Source of the DNA: Mobula hypostoma
Lineage: Eukaryota
Direction of reading: 5' to 3'
Assembly (NCBI RefSeq): GCF_963921235.1
Contig: NC_086097.1
Coordinates: 79,238,001-79,302,000, forward strand
DNA length: 64,000 bases
The notes beneath the pieces are model-generated. The model worked only from the letters and a program-made list of their open reading frames with translations. It did no database searches and had not been told where the DNA came from. The position numbers and the translations under genes were made by a program. Within the stretch, counting starts at the first letter, position 1. Each line of letters opens with the position of its first letter. Shown one piece after another: positions 24,601 through 39,600 of the stretch.

Positions 24601-27600
24601 TTAAGTATGATGTGTGGTAGCTTGAATAGACCAACAAAATAAAAGGTAAATATTGCAGCCTTTTCCTACCTGTCCCAGTTATTGAAAGAAGTTGGCATTT
24701 GTTGAAGCCTGCTTTGACTTCTAAAATGCAGGCAGGTAAATAAATATGAAAATAAGAAAAAGAGCAATGAGTAAATTGTATGCCTTATAAAATTGTTTTG
24801 TCATGATCAAGGAATAAAAAAATTTCTTTACTGTTTCCACGTTTACTGAATGTATTTTCTTAATAGGTGTTGTACTGCCAGTATTTGAACATTATCAGGA
24901 AGGAGGAGACAGTAAGTAAAATGTTGTTTTATTCTTTTTGACAAAAAATGGAAATATACTTCATAATATTGAATGATTCTTTGTAAAAGCATGGTCACTC
25001 AAGTAGTCTTCTACAAGATTCCTGAAGGATAAATCAGTTTTCTGAAAGTATTACCTTAAAGTTGGAGAGACAAACAGGTAACTTGGGACATAAATTGTAT
25101 GGATGAAGAGAGGATGTGTAAACTGTCTAGAACACCATGGCACAGGGATCCAGTTGAATGTAGACTGATAAGGGCCAACATGGTTGGGAAATGGACTCTG
25201 GTATCTGCAGCAAAGAGTCTCAAAGGCTGTGTTGCCTGCCTTGTTAAGGACATCTCTTCTGTATGAAGAAGAACTTGGGATGGAAGGTGGTGGATCTAGT
25301 TGCTGTAGTCCATGTGGGCAGTAGCAACATGACTAGTAAGAAGAAGGATTTTCTGCTGAATGTTTGAGGAGCTCGAGGCAGAATTGAAAAGTAGAAGTAC
25401 AAGGCTGGTAAACTCCACATTATTCGCTGAGTCATGTGCACCTTGGTAAAGGGTGAATAGAAAACTAACTGTATGGCTTCAAGCTTTGTGTGGGAGAAAT
25501 GGCTTCTGATCCATGGGACACTGGTGCCAGAATTGGGGAAAGAAAGAGTTTTTCTGTTGAGGTGGACCCTCGCTGAACCATGTTGGGACCAATATGCTGG
25601 TGAATTACATCACTGGGATTATAGATTGTTTCCAACTAGTGGTGGGGTGGGGGGGGTGGTATTGGTTTCAAATCAAAGTCAACTTTAGTCATATGCACAA
25701 GTGCCATGAAAAACTTATAACAGCACTATATAAGCTGCATTCATTAGAAAAACTAAGCATAAAGTATGCACAATTTTACAAAAGTACACATTTAGAATCG
25801 ATTGAAGTCCATTTTAGTGCAAAGTGACCAAAGTGCTCATCGTGATGCTAAACTGCAGTGATTAGGATTTTGTTGGCTGGGTCAATAACTCAGTGAAGGA
25901 AAGTTGCTGTCCCTGAGACTGGTGGTGTGGAACTTCAGGCTTCTGTACGTCTTGTCTGTTGGTAGCTGCAGAAGGATGGCGTGGTCTGGATGGTGAGGAT
26001 CTTTGATGGATGTTGCCCTGTTTGAGGCAGCATCTCCTATAGATCTACTAATGGTGTCACCCACAGGACAGAAATCATTTGGGGGGAGGGGGGAAAGAAA
26101 CTAGCGCAATAGCCAGGGCAGAATATGTAAGGAAAAATGCATTAAAAAATGTTGAATTGTGATAAATATTTTATTAAAAGTTATAAAAGATCATTAACAA
26201 AATTTCAAAACTGGTTTTGTCAATGAGAGAAAGTAACAGAACAGTACTGAATTGCAGTATAAAGGGAGTCAATAGTGATGTGGAATCAATTTGGATTGAA
26301 GTCATCTACAGGGAAAGGAAGACACAGGTGGGAGTAGTCTATAGACTCCCAAATTATGACCCTTCAGTAGGTCAAAGTATTAATGGGGAAATATCAGGGG
26401 TGTGTTTGAAGAAAACTCCAATTAATATGGGACGTTTTAATCTACATATTGGGAAAACCAAACTGGTAGGGTGTCACAGGGGAGTAATTGTGGAGTGCTT
26501 TAGGGATTGCTTTTCAGAGTAGGACATTACAGAGCATACCTGGAACAGGTTTTCTAGATTTGGTCATGTGTAATGAGGAAGAATTAATAACTCTAAGATC
26601 ACCTACAGATCCCCTTGGGGGTGGTAAACTCAAATGAAAGAGTTCTAAATGCAATAGTTCATCGGCAGAGGGGGTGTGGTGACTGGTGGTTTAAACAAAA
26701 ATGAAATGAAATCAAAGCTTTAGAGGTGACATGGGATTGGAAGATGAAGAATCCTTGTGACTAAAGTTAAGAAACTGCAAGGGTAAAAAGACCCTGAAGG
26801 TAGTTACATGCCGGCCTCCAAACAGTAACTAGGATGAGGGCTACGAATAACGATGGGAGATAGAAATGGTATGTCAAAAGGGCAATAGTACAATAGTCAT
26901 GAGGGATTTCAGTATGCGGGTAGACTGGGGAAAATCAGGCTGGTGCTAGGTCCCAAGACAAGAAATTTGTAGAATGGGTACAAGATGGCTTTTTAGAGCA
27001 GCTTGTGGTTAAGCCCACTAGGGGGAAGGCACCTCTGGATTGGATGTTATGTAATGAACTAGATATGATTCAGAAGCTGAAGAAGCCCTTGGGGGGCAGT
27101 GATCATAAAATGATAGCATTTACCCTGCAGTTTGAAAGGGAGAAGCTAAAATCAGTTGTATCAGTATTACAGTGGAGTAAAGGCAACTACAGAGGCTTGA
27201 AAGAGGAGCTAGAAAGGCTGATTGGAAGGGGACACTAGCAGGGATGATGGCAGAGCAGCAATGGCTGGAGATTCTGGGAACAATTTGGAAGGTGTAAGAT
27301 AGATGCAACACAAAGAAGGAGTTTTCTAAAGGTAGGATGAAGCAACTGATTCTGAAAATTCAGGAATTAGAGGTGCGAAGGGAGCTCTTGTGCAGGATTC
27401 ATTTCCTTAAAGTTAACTTGCAAGTTGAGTCAGTGGTGAGGAAGACAAATGCAATATTACCATTCATTTTGAGAGGACTAGAATATAAAAGCAAGGATGT
27501 AATGCTGAGGTTTTAGAAGACATTGGTCAGACTTCACTTAGAACATTGTGAGCAGTTTTGGGCCCCTTATCTAACAAAGGATGTGCTGGCATTGGAGAGG

Positions 27601-30600
27601 GTCCAGAGGTGGTTTATGAGAATGATCCTGGGAATGAAAGGGTTAATGTATCAGGAGTCATTGATGGCTTTGGGACTGTTCTCGATGGTGTTCAGAAGAA
27701 TGAGGGGTGATCTTATTGAAACATTTCAAATATTGAAAGACCTAGATAGAGTGGATGTAGAGAGAATGTTCCTATAGTGGGGAGCCTAGACCAGAGGGCA
27801 CAGCCTCAGAATTGAGGAGCTTGTATTTAGGACAGAGATGAGAAGGAACTTCTTTAGCCAGAGCTTAGTGAATCTGTGGAATTCATTGTCACAGATGGCT
27901 GCAGAGGCTAAGTCATTGGGTATATTTAAAGTGGAGGCTGATAGGTTCTTGATTAGTTAAGATGTCAACGGTTACAGAGAGGAGGCAAGATAATACAGTT
28001 GAGAGGGATAACAAATCAACTATAATGGAATGGTGGAGTAGACTTGATGGGGTGAATGGCCTAGTTATGCTCCTATGTCTTATGGGCTATGGTCTTCTAA
28101 CCAGATTCTTCAATTTAAATAAGGACAGTTATAACTGAGGGAGACGTTGAAGTTGGACTTGGTAGATAAACTAAGAGACAGGTCAGTATATGAGCTGTTG
28201 GGGGGAGGGGGGTTGGTACTTTGGGGCCACTGACCACAATTCTATTGGTTTTAAAATAGTTGTGGAAAAAGATAGAGCAGGTCCACAGGTTAAATTTTGA
28301 GTTTTAACCTTACGGGTTGAGACTTTTGATTGGAGAAAGGCTAACTTTGAGGAGATGTGAAAGGATTTAGAAGGAGTGGATTGGGACAATTTGTTTTATG
28401 GGAAGGATGTAATAGAGAAGTAGAGGTCATTTAAAGGTGAAATTTTGAGGGTACAGGATCTTTATGTTCCTGTTAGGTTGAAAGGAAAGCTTAAAAGTTT
28501 GAGAGAGCCATGGTTTTCAAGGGATATTGGAAACTTGGTTTGGAAAAAGAGAGAGATCTTCAATAAATATAGGCAGCTTGGAGTAAATGAGGTGCTCAAG
28601 GAATATAAAGAATGTAAAAAGAATCTTAAGAAATTAGAAAAGCTAAAAGAAGATATGAGGTTGCTTTGGCAAGTAAAGTGAAAATAAATCCAAAGGGTTT
28701 CTACAGTTATATTAATAGTAAAAGAATAGTGAGGGATAAAATTGGTCCCTTAGAGAATCAGAGTGGATGGCTATGTGCGGAGCCAAAAGAGATGGGGGAG
28801 ATGTTGAACAATTTCTTTTCTTCGGTATTCACGAAGAAGAAGGATATTGAATTGTGTAAGGTAAGGGAAACAAGTAAGGTAGTTATGGAAACTATGATGA
28901 TTAACGAAGAGGAAGTACTGGTGCTTTTAAGGAATATAAAAGTGGATAAGTCTCTGGGTCCTGACAGGATATTCCCTGGGACCTTGAGGGAAGTTAGTGT
29001 GGAAATAGCAGGGGCTCTGACAGAAATATTTCAAATGTCATTAGAAACGGGGATGGTGCCGGAGGATTGGCGTATTGCTCATGTTGTTCAATTTTTTATA
29101 AAGGGTTCTAAGAGTAAACCTAGTAATTATCAGCCTGTGAGTTTGACGTCAGTGGTGGGTAAATTGATGGAAATTATTCTTAGAGATGGTATATATAATT
29201 ATCTGGATAGACAGGGTTTGATTAGGAACAGTCAACAAGGATTTGTGCGTGGAAGGTCATGTTTGACAAATCTTATTGAATTGTTTGGAAAGGATACTAG
29301 GAAAGTTGACGAGGGTAAAGCGGTGGATGTTGTCTACATGGACTTCAGTAAGGCCTTTGACAAGGTTCCACATGAAAGGTTAGTTAGGAAGGTTCAATTG
29401 TTAGGTATTAATATTGAAGTAGTAAAATGGATTCAGCAGTGGCTGGATGGGAGACGCCAGAGAGTAGTGGTGGATAACTGTGTGTCAGATTGGAGGCCGG
29501 TGTGTAGCGGTGTGCCTCAGGGATCTGTACTGGGTCCAATGTTGTTTGTCATATATATTAATGATTTGGAGAATGGGGTGGTAAATTGGATTAGTAAGTA
29601 TGCAGATGATACTAAGATAGGTGGAGTTGTGGATAGTGAAGTAGGTTTTCAAAGCTTGCAGAGAGATTTAGGCCAGTTAGAAGAGTGGGCTGAAAGATGG
29701 CAGATGGAGTTTAATGCTGATAAATGTGAGGTGCTACATTTCGGTAGGACTAATCAAAATAGGACATACATGGTAAATGGTAGGGCATTGAAGAATGCAG
29801 TAGAACAGATGGATCTAGGAATAATGGTGCATAGTTACCTGAAGGTGGAATCTCATGTGGATAGGGTGGTGAAGAAAGCTTCGGGTATGCTGGCCTTTAT
29901 AAATAAGAGTATTGAGTATAGGAGTTGGGATGTAATGTTGAAATTGTACAAGGCATTGGTAAGGCCAAATTTGGAGTATTGTGTACAGTTCTGGTCACCG
30001 AATTATAGGAAAGATGTCAATAAAATTGAGAGAGTACAGAGAAGATTTACTGGAATGTTACCTGGATTTCATTTCCTAAGTTACAGAGAAAGGTTGAACA
30101 AGTTGGGTCTTTTTCTTTGGAGCGTAGAATGTTCAGGGGGATAGACAGAGGTGACATGGATAGGCTTTTTCCATTGAGAGTAGGGGAAATTCAAACAAGA
30201 GGACATGAGTTGAGAGTTAAAAGGCAAAAGTTTAGGGGTAACATGAGGGGGAACTTCTTTACTCAGAGAGTGGTAGCTGTGTGGAATGAGCTTCCAGCAG
30301 AAGTGGTTGAGGCGGGTTCGATGTTGTCATTTAAAGTTAAATTGGATAGCTATATGGACAGGAAAGGAATGGAGGGTATGGGCCGAGTGCAGGTCGGTCG
30401 GACTAGGTGAGAGTAAGCGTTCGGCATGGACTAGAAGGGCCGAGATGGCCTGTTTCTGTGCTGTAATTGTTACAAGGTTAAAGTCTAGAGTAGAGGTTCC
30501 CAAATTTTTTTTTATGCCATAGAACAGTACCATTAAGCACGAGGTCCGAAACCGTAGGAAAGGGGCGTTAGGCAGAATCTAGATCAACTGGGTGACTAGT

Positions 30601-33600
30601 TGAAGGGAAAGGAACGGTTGGCAAGTGGGAGGCTTTTGCAGGGGCAGCATGTTCCTTTTAGCAAGTTCATGAGACCCAGCTGGTGAGAGAGAGTGGTTCG
30701 TTCTGGTGTAGAATGAGAAGGAAACATACATTGCTTTTAGGTAGCTATGAATCCTTAATGAATATAAAAAAATTAAGAGGGAAAACAGGAGGGCAATAAG
30801 ATGGTATAAGGTGGATTTGGCAGGCAGGGCTAAAGATAATCACCAGAGGTTTTCAGTTATATTAACAGTAATAGAGTGACTAGGGGAGAGATTAGATCCT
30901 CTTAAAGACCATCATGGGTGCTTATGCGTGGAGCCACAGGAGATGGCCGAGATTTTTAATGTCTTTTTCTCCTCTATTTACAAAGGAGAATATCATAGAT
31001 GCCAGAGAAATGAGGGTAATAAACAGTGAAGTCTTGAGAAATGTAAGTATGAGGAAGGAAGTATTTGCAGCCTTTAAGTGCATTATGGTGGACTCATACC
31101 CTGGGTGTCAAGATCTCTGAAGATCGATCCTGGTCCCAACATACCAATGCAGATATAAAGAAGATGACAGCGGCTATATTTCATTAGGAGTTTGAAGAGA
31201 TTTGGTTTGTCACCTGAAACACTCAATAACTTCTGTAGATGTACCATGGAGAGCATTCTGACTGGCTGCATCACTGTCTGATATGGGGGTGGTGGGTGCT
31301 ACTGCACAGTACTGAAAGCAGCTACAGATATTTGTAGAATTAGTCAGCTCCATCTTGGGTACTAGCCTCCATAGCATCCAAGACATCTTCAAGGAGCAGT
31401 GCCTGAAAGGTGACATCCATTATTAAGGACCCCCATCACCCAGGGCATACCCTCTTATTGTTACCATCAGGAAGGAGGTACAGAAGACTGAAGGCACACA
31501 CTCACATTCAGAACCAGCTTCTTCCCCCTCTGCCATATGATTCATAAATGGACATTGAGCCCATGAACACTACCTCACTTTTTAATATATATTCTTACTG
31601 CTTTTGCACGAATTTAGATCTATTTAATATTAGATTAGATTAGATACAACTTTATTGTCATTGTGCTGAGTACAGATACAGAGCCAATGAAATGCAGTTA
31701 GCATCTAACCAGAAATGCAAAGAATAGTGTTATTTACAAAATATCTGCAAATTAAAGTTAAGTGCTACAGCACACAAATATAAAAGTACTGAGACAGTAC
31801 AATATGGGTGCATATGAGGTTCAGCAGGGTCACAGCCTCAAGGAAGAAGCTCTTCCTGTGCCTGCTGGTGCGGGAGTGGAGGCTCCTGTAGCGCCTACCG
31901 GATGGGAGGAGTGTAGAATATATACAGGTATATATTTATTTTGTTTTGTCTTTTTATGATCATGTATTGCATTGAACTACTGTTAAGTTAACATTTCGTG
32001 ACACATGCCGGTGATAATAAACCTGACTGATTCTGCCGGATCTCTATTCCTTGGAGCGTGGGAGAATGAGGAGTGACCTCACTGAAGTTTATAAAATCAT
32101 GAAGTAAATGGGTAAGGTGAGCAGTCATGATCTTTTTCCCCAGGGGCGGGGAGTCCAAAACTAGAGGGCACAGATGCAGGATAAGAGGGGAGAGATTAAA
32201 GAGACCTGAGAGCAACTTCTTTACAAAGGGTAATGAGTACCTGGAGTGAGCTGCCTGAGCAAGTGGTCATGGTAGGTACCAGTACAACATTTAAAAGGCA
32301 TTTGGATAGGTACATGGAGGGGAAGCTCTTGGAGGGTTAGGAGCCGAATGCAGCCAACTGGGATACCAGCAGGGCGATAGGGCCTGGTTCTATGGAAATA
32401 CTCAAACTGCTGCTCTGTGATGTTCTGCAAGTTTATCCCAGTCAAAAAGGGGAATTCATGAGAAAGGCATAATCCGATGGTTGATAAAAGATGATGCTGA
32501 ATTGAAAATAAGGTTAAGACATAAGACATGGGAGAATTAGGCCTTTCAGCCCAGAGTCTGCTCTACCGTTCTGTATTGCCTGATTTATTATCCCTCTCAA
32601 CCGCATTCTCCAGCTTTCTACCCAGATCCTTTGACACCCTTACTAATCAAGAACCTATCAACCTCTGCTTTTAATATGCCCATGTAATGTACCTGCAAGT
32701 GGATCACACATTCTTGGGAGGTTTGCTAATCCTAAGAGGAAGGATTTAAACTAAATTGGCAAAAGTATAGGGTACAAATAGAGTACAGTCAAATATTAAA
32801 AAGGAAGCAAAGTTGTTGCAGTAGGGAGAGTAGATATGGGTATCATAGGGCAGGATGCAATGATACAGTGCAGTCTGACTTGCAATGCAGATGAACTGAC
32901 TGTTGATTAGAACATGGAATATGATATTATTGCTATAACAGGCAAAAGAAAGCTAGTACTGGCAACCTACCACTCCAGGGTTAAACATCTTCAGGTATGA
33001 CAGTGAGGATATAATGTGGGATGGCATTGTTGATTAGAGACCATTTCTACAGTAATGTGGGATGAGATTCTAGAAGAACCTTTGAGTAAGGGGATAGAGG
33101 TGGAAATAAAAAGTGATTTTTTTGGGGGTTATCTGAAAGATATCCTAACAGTCAAGCAGGAAGTGGGTGCAGATGTGTGGGCAAATCAAAGGTGTAACGA
33201 TAATAGGCTTTTAGAAGGCATTTTGTTTCCAATATTGATTGAGATTGCCTTTATGTGAACGGGATAGTTTCTCAATGCAGCATCCCTGAAAGCCATTTGA
33301 GAGAACATGTAGATAATTCTAGTAGAGAAGAGGCAGTACTGTGCCTAATCTTACAACATGCAGCTGGGCGAGTATTAATGTGAATAGGAGAGCATTTTGG
33401 AATTTGCATATTAAGCCATAGAAGCAGGCCATTTCAGCCCATTGAGTCTGTGTTAGTTCGTGGAATTAGTGACCATCACTTTGCAAATCTCAAGGTAGGA
33501 TAAGATCTGTCTGGACAGTAAAATACTTAATTGAGTGAAAGCTGGAAGTAGGTTGTTGTGACTTTCAATGAACTGCACAGAGATTAGAATTGTAGCTGCA

Positions 33601-36600
33601 ACATCAGATCTTTATTCAGCACCCCAAGCAAACAGTAGTAGCAGATCCCCCTGAACTCAATGTTGATTGAGTTTATACACCCTTTAAGAACAAAGGTTAC
33701 AGTGGCTGATTGAACACAATTTCTATTGTTATAATTGCACAATTTACTTAAATCTTTTGGGTGTACACAAATAGTTCCACATAGAATTATTTACATTGGG
33801 AACACATGTTTAGTGACAAGATTATCAAACGTTTTTGTCTCAAAAACACAAGAAAATCTGAACACAAGAAAATCTACATACAGATTTCACACCATACTGA
33901 GTGATTATCGGGTACATAAACAATCCATGCCTATTCCCATGCTAATATGCCAAATGGTAAAAGCCAGACTGATACCACTTTGGTCTCTGGCCCAATAATG
34001 ATTAAAATAACCCTGTTGTCTGCACGTTTGGCCAGTTTACTTGAGAATGTCTCATGGTCATGTTTCCAAACCGAATCTCTTAAGAAACCTCCCAAGTTGG
34101 TAGCGTACTGTCTTCAGTGCATTCCTTGATGTAATTATCTTGTAATATCAACTGAATTGCTGCTTCTAATGGTTAGATTTGAAATAATTTAAAGATTGGT
34201 CCTCATTTATTTTGCTGACTGGTAATCTATAACTCCTGCTTATAGAAACATAGAAAATAGGTGCAGGAGTAGGCCATTCGGCCCTTCGAGCCTGCACCGC
34301 CATTTATTATGATCATGGCTGATCATCCAACTCAGAACCCCGCCCCAGCCTTCCCTCCATACCCCCCGACCCCCGTAGCCACAAGGGCCATATCTAACTC
34401 CCTCTTAAATATAGCCAATGAACTGGCCTCAACTTTCCTGTGGCAGAGAATTCCACAGATTCACCACTCTCTGTGAAGAAGTTTTTCCTAATCTCGGTCC
34501 TAAAAGGCTTCCCCTCTATCCTCAAACTGTGGCCCCTCGTTCTGGACTTCCCCAACATCAGGAACAATCTTCCTGCATCTAGCCTGTCCAATCCCTTTAG
34601 GATTTTATACGTTTCAATCAGATCCCCCCTCAATCTTCTAAATTCCAACGAGTACAAGCCCAGTTCATCCAGTCTTTCTTCATATGAAAGTCCTGCCATC
34701 CCAGGAATCAATCTGGTGAACCTTCTTTGTACTCCCTCTATGGCAAGGATGTCTTTCCTCAGATTAGGGGACCAAAACTGCACACAATACTCCAGGTGTG
34801 GTCTCACCAAGGCCTTGTACAACTGCAGTAGTACCTCCCTGCTCCTGTACTCGAATCCTCTCGCTATAAATGCCAGCATACCGTTCGCCTTTTTCACCGC
34901 CTGCTGTACCTGCATGCCCACTTTCAATGACTGGTGTATAATGACACCCAGGTCTCGTTGCACCTCCCCTTTTCCTAATCGGCCACCATTCAGATAATAA
35001 TCTATTTTCCTATTTTTGCCACCAAAGTGGATAACTTCACATTTATCCACATTAAATTGCATCTGCCATGAATTTGCCCACTCACCCAACCTATCCATGT
35101 CACCCTGCATCCTCTTAGCATCCTCCTCACTGCTAACACTGCCACCCAACTTCGTGTCATCCGCAAACTTGGAGATGCTGCATTTAATTCCTTCATCCAA
35201 GTCATTAATATATATTGTAAACATCTGGGGTCCCAGCACTGAGCCTTGCGGTACCCCACTAGTCACCGCCTGCCATTCTGAAAAGGTCCCGTTTATTCCC
35301 ACTCTTTGCTTCCTGTCTGCTAACCAATTCTCCACCCACACCAATACCTTACCCCCAATACCATGTGCTTTAAGTTTGCACACTAATCTCCTGTGTGGGA
35401 CCTTGTCAAAAGCCTTTTGAAAATCCAAATATACCACATCCACTGGTTCTCCCCTATCTACTCTACTAGTTACATCCTCAAAAAATTCTATGAGATTCGT
35501 CAGACGTGACTTTCCTTTCACAAATCCATGCTGACTTTGTCCGATGATTTCACCGCTTTCCAAATGTGCTGTTATCACATCCTTGATAACTGACTCCAGC
35601 AGTTTCCCCACCACCGACGTTAGGCTAACCGGTCTATAATTCCCCGGTTTCTCTCTCCCTCCTTTTTTAAAAAGTGGGGTTACATTAGCCACCCTCCAAT
35701 CCTCAGGAACTAGTCCAGAATCTAACGAGTTTTGAAAAATTATCACTAATGCATCCACTATTTCTTGGGCTACTTCCTTAAGCATTCTAGGATGCAGACC
35801 ATCTGGCCCTGGGGATTTATCTGCCTTCAATCCCTTCAATTTACCTAACACCACTTCCCTACTAACATGTATTTCGCTCAGTTCCTCCGTCTCACTGGAC
35901 CCTCTGTCCCTTACTATTTCTGGAAGATTATTTATGTCCTCCTTAGTGAAGACAGAACTAAAGTAATTATTCAATTGGTCTGCCATGTCCTTGCTCCCCA
36001 TAATCAATTCACCTGTTTCTGTCTGCAGGGGACCTACATTTGTCTTTACCAGTCTTTTCCTTTTTACATATCTATCAAAGCTTTTACAGTCCGTTTTTAT
36101 GTTCCCTGCCAGTTTTCTCTCATAATCTTTTTTCCCCTTCCTAATTAAGCCCTTTGTCCTCCTCTGCTGAACTCTGAATTTCTCCCAGCCCTCAGGTGAG
36201 CCACTTTCTCTGGCTAATTTGTATGCTTCTTCTTTGGAATTGATACTATCCCTAATTTCTCTTGTCAGCCACGGGTGCACTACCTTCCTTGATTTATTCT
36301 TTTGCCAAACTGGGATGAACAATTGTTGTAGTTCATCCATGCAACCTTTAAATGCTTGCCATTGCATATCCACCGTCAATCCTTTAAGTGTCATTTGCCA
36401 GTCTATCTTACCTAATTCACGTCTCATACCTTCAAAGTTACCCCTCTTTAAGTTCAGAACCTTTGTTTCTGAATTAACTATGTCACTCTCCATCTTAATG
36501 AAGAATTCCACCATATTATGGTCACTCTTACCCAAGGGGCCTCTCACGACAAGATTGCTAATTAACCCTTCCTCATTGCTCAAAACCCAGTCCAGAATAG

Positions 36601-39600
36601 CCTGCTCTCTAGTTGGTTCCTCGACATATTGGTTCAAAAAACCATCCCGCATACATTCCAAGAAATCCTCTTCCTCAGCACCTTTACCAATTTGGTTCAC
36701 CCAATCTACATGTAGATTGAAGTCACCCATTATAACTGCTGTTCCTTTATTGCACACATTTCTAATTTCCTGTTTAATACCATCTCTGACCTCACTACTA
36801 CTGTTAGGTGGCCTGTACACAACTCCCACCAGCGTCTTCAGCTCTACCCATATCGATTCCACATCTTCCCGGCTTATGTCCTTCCTTTCTATTGCATTAA
36901 TCTCTTCTTTAACCAGCAACGCCACCCCACCTCCCCTTCCTTCATGTCTATCCCTCCTGAATATTGAATATCCCTGAACGTTGAGCTTCCATCCCTGGTC
37001 ACCCTGGAGCCATGTCTCTGTGATCCCAACTATATCATAATCATTAATAACAATCTGCACTTTCAATTCATCCACCTTATTACGAATGCTCCTTGCATTG
37101 ACACACAAAGCCTTCAGGCACTCTTTTACAACTTACTTAGCCCTTATACAATTATGTTGAAAAGTGGCCCTTTTTAATGCTTGCCCTGGATTTGTCGGCC
37201 TGCCATTTTTACTTTTCTCCTTAGTACTTTTTGCTTCTACCCTCACTTTACACCCCTCTGTCTCTCTGCACTGGTTCCCATCCCCCTGTTGTGAACTAAC
37301 CTCCTCACGCCTAGCCTCTTTAATTTGATTCCCACCCCCCAACCATTCTAGTTTAGCGGGGGCTACTGAGGTGACTTTAATCTCCCTGCCAGGATATTGG
37401 TTCCCCTAGGATTCAAGTGTAACCCGTCCTTTTTGTACAGGTCACGCCTGCGCCAAAAGAGGTCCCAATGATCCAAAAACTTGAATCCCTGCCCCCTGCT
37501 CCAATCCCTCAGCCACGCATTTATCCTCCACCTCATCGCATTCCTACTCTCACTATCGCATGGCACAGGCAGTAATCCCGAGATTACTACCTTTGCGGTC
37601 CTTTTTCTCAACTCCCTTCCTAGCTCCCTATATTCTCCTTTCAGGACCTCATCCCTTTTTCTACCTATGTCATTGGTACCTATATGTACCACGACCTCTG
37701 GCTCCTCACCCTCCCACTTCAGGATATCTTGGACACGATCAGAAATATCCCGGATCCTGGCACCAGGGAGGCAAACTACCATCCGGGTCTCTGGACTGTG
37801 TCCACAGAATCGCCTATCTGACCCCCTTACTATCGAGTCCCCTATCACAACTGCCCTCCTCTTCCTTGCCCTACCCTTCTGAGCTACAGGGCCAGACTCT
37901 GTGCCGGAGGCACGGCCACTGTCGCTTCCCCCGGGTAAGCTGTCCCCCCCCAACAGTACTCAAACAGGAGTACCTGTTGTTTAGGGGCACAGCCACCGGG
38001 GTACTCCCTATTACCTGACTTTTCCCCTTCCCCCTCCTAACCGTGACCCACTTGTCTGCCTGCCGTGGCCCCGGCGTGACCACCTGCCTGCAACTCCTCT
38101 CTATCACCTCCTCACTCTCCCTGACCAGACGAAGGTCATCGACTCATAGGTGACTCATTCTTAACAATCCTTAACACTAGGTGAAGTCCATACAGGACAG
38201 TGGGAGTCATTTGAAAATTAAAGAGAAGTCAGGACCAATATATTCCTGCAAGGATGAAAGGCAGAGGTAGGAAGTCCAAGAAACCCTGAATGGCAAGAGT
38301 TTGAGGATTGATTAAAAAAAACACCAAATGCTAGGTATAGAAGACAAAGGAGGAAAGCCTGTCAGGAGTGTCAGAAGTATTCTGGGGTTCTTGAGAACTA
38401 GTGTGGCTAAACAGGTTACAAATATCATTGGCAGACAAGATTAAGTCTCAAAAGTATTTTGTATTAAGGGCAAAGGGATAGCCAGAGGGGGGAGAAAAGT
38501 ATGAGCCATGAAGAATCGTGGGGGCAAGCAGTCTGTGGAACCAGAAGGCAGATCATGTTTTCATAAATGAGGTTGTTGAGGTGGGAGAATTTGAGTTGGG
38601 TGGAAGGTGAAATTCCAGTAAAAGTGGATAAAGTTCCAAGGCAGTTACTGTTATCCAAGGGAAGAAAATGCCAGGGCCCTGCTGTATTTAAATACTTGGC
38701 CTTGGGTGAAGTGCTAAATGCCTGGAGGGCAACAAATTTGATATCTTTATTCAAAATTGTTCAGGGGGAAAAACAGAAAAATTACAGGTCAATGAGTCTG
38801 GTTAGTAAGTTATTGGGCTAAGGGGGTGATAAATTGAGGGACAGGCTTTGTATATACTGGGAGGAGGAATCAAAGATTATCGGCATTGTTTTATTAGGAG
38901 GGTAATTTTCTCTAAAAATTGTTCCTTTGGGGGGGAAAAAGAGTGTATTTATGGATGAATGGACTTCAAATGAGTCTTTAACAAGGTCCGTCATGGAAAA
39001 ATGGTCTCAAAGGTTGGATTGGTAGTAGCTTGTGATTAATGTTCTGTGGTAAGCGTGGAAGGTATGATTAGCTCCTACATCATGACATAGGAATTAAATG
39101 GAAAGTTGTGCTGCAATCCGAAGAAAAGCTAGATGGCTTGGTTTGAGTTGAAGAGGCTGAGAATTTTTTCCACACCCAGAGCGATATTGAAATTCAGAAC
39201 ACTGCCTGAGGGGATGGTGGAGGCAGAGAGACTCTCAGTAAGTATTAAGGCAGGATTTGAATTGTCAAAGCATAATAAAGTCTCCTTCACTCACCGTTGA
39301 ATTCTGATGAGCATCCCATGACAACTGTCCCCTTTCTTGTGTGGTTCCTGATCAAGCTGTTCCATCTTTAACCTAGTTCATATTTATATCTTTTCTGCTC
39401 CCTGAACATTGGTGTAACTAACACTGCTAAAGCATTTGTGTAATAGATAAAAGACCAGCAAGCCAGACTGTGGAAAAAGAAACATTGCAGAAAGAAATCA
39501 AGCAAAATAGTGATTGAAAACAACTGACTCTAAGGTGGAGAATGAAGAGGTGGATGAACACAGATCATAAATAATCCAAGGCAAAGTAGTTGCTGGGAAA

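Noticed and set aside
36219..36977. Long + strand ORFs (252 aa; also 34440, 35016, 51920, 53396)
   Set aside because: These are antisense shadow frames of CR1 ORF2.
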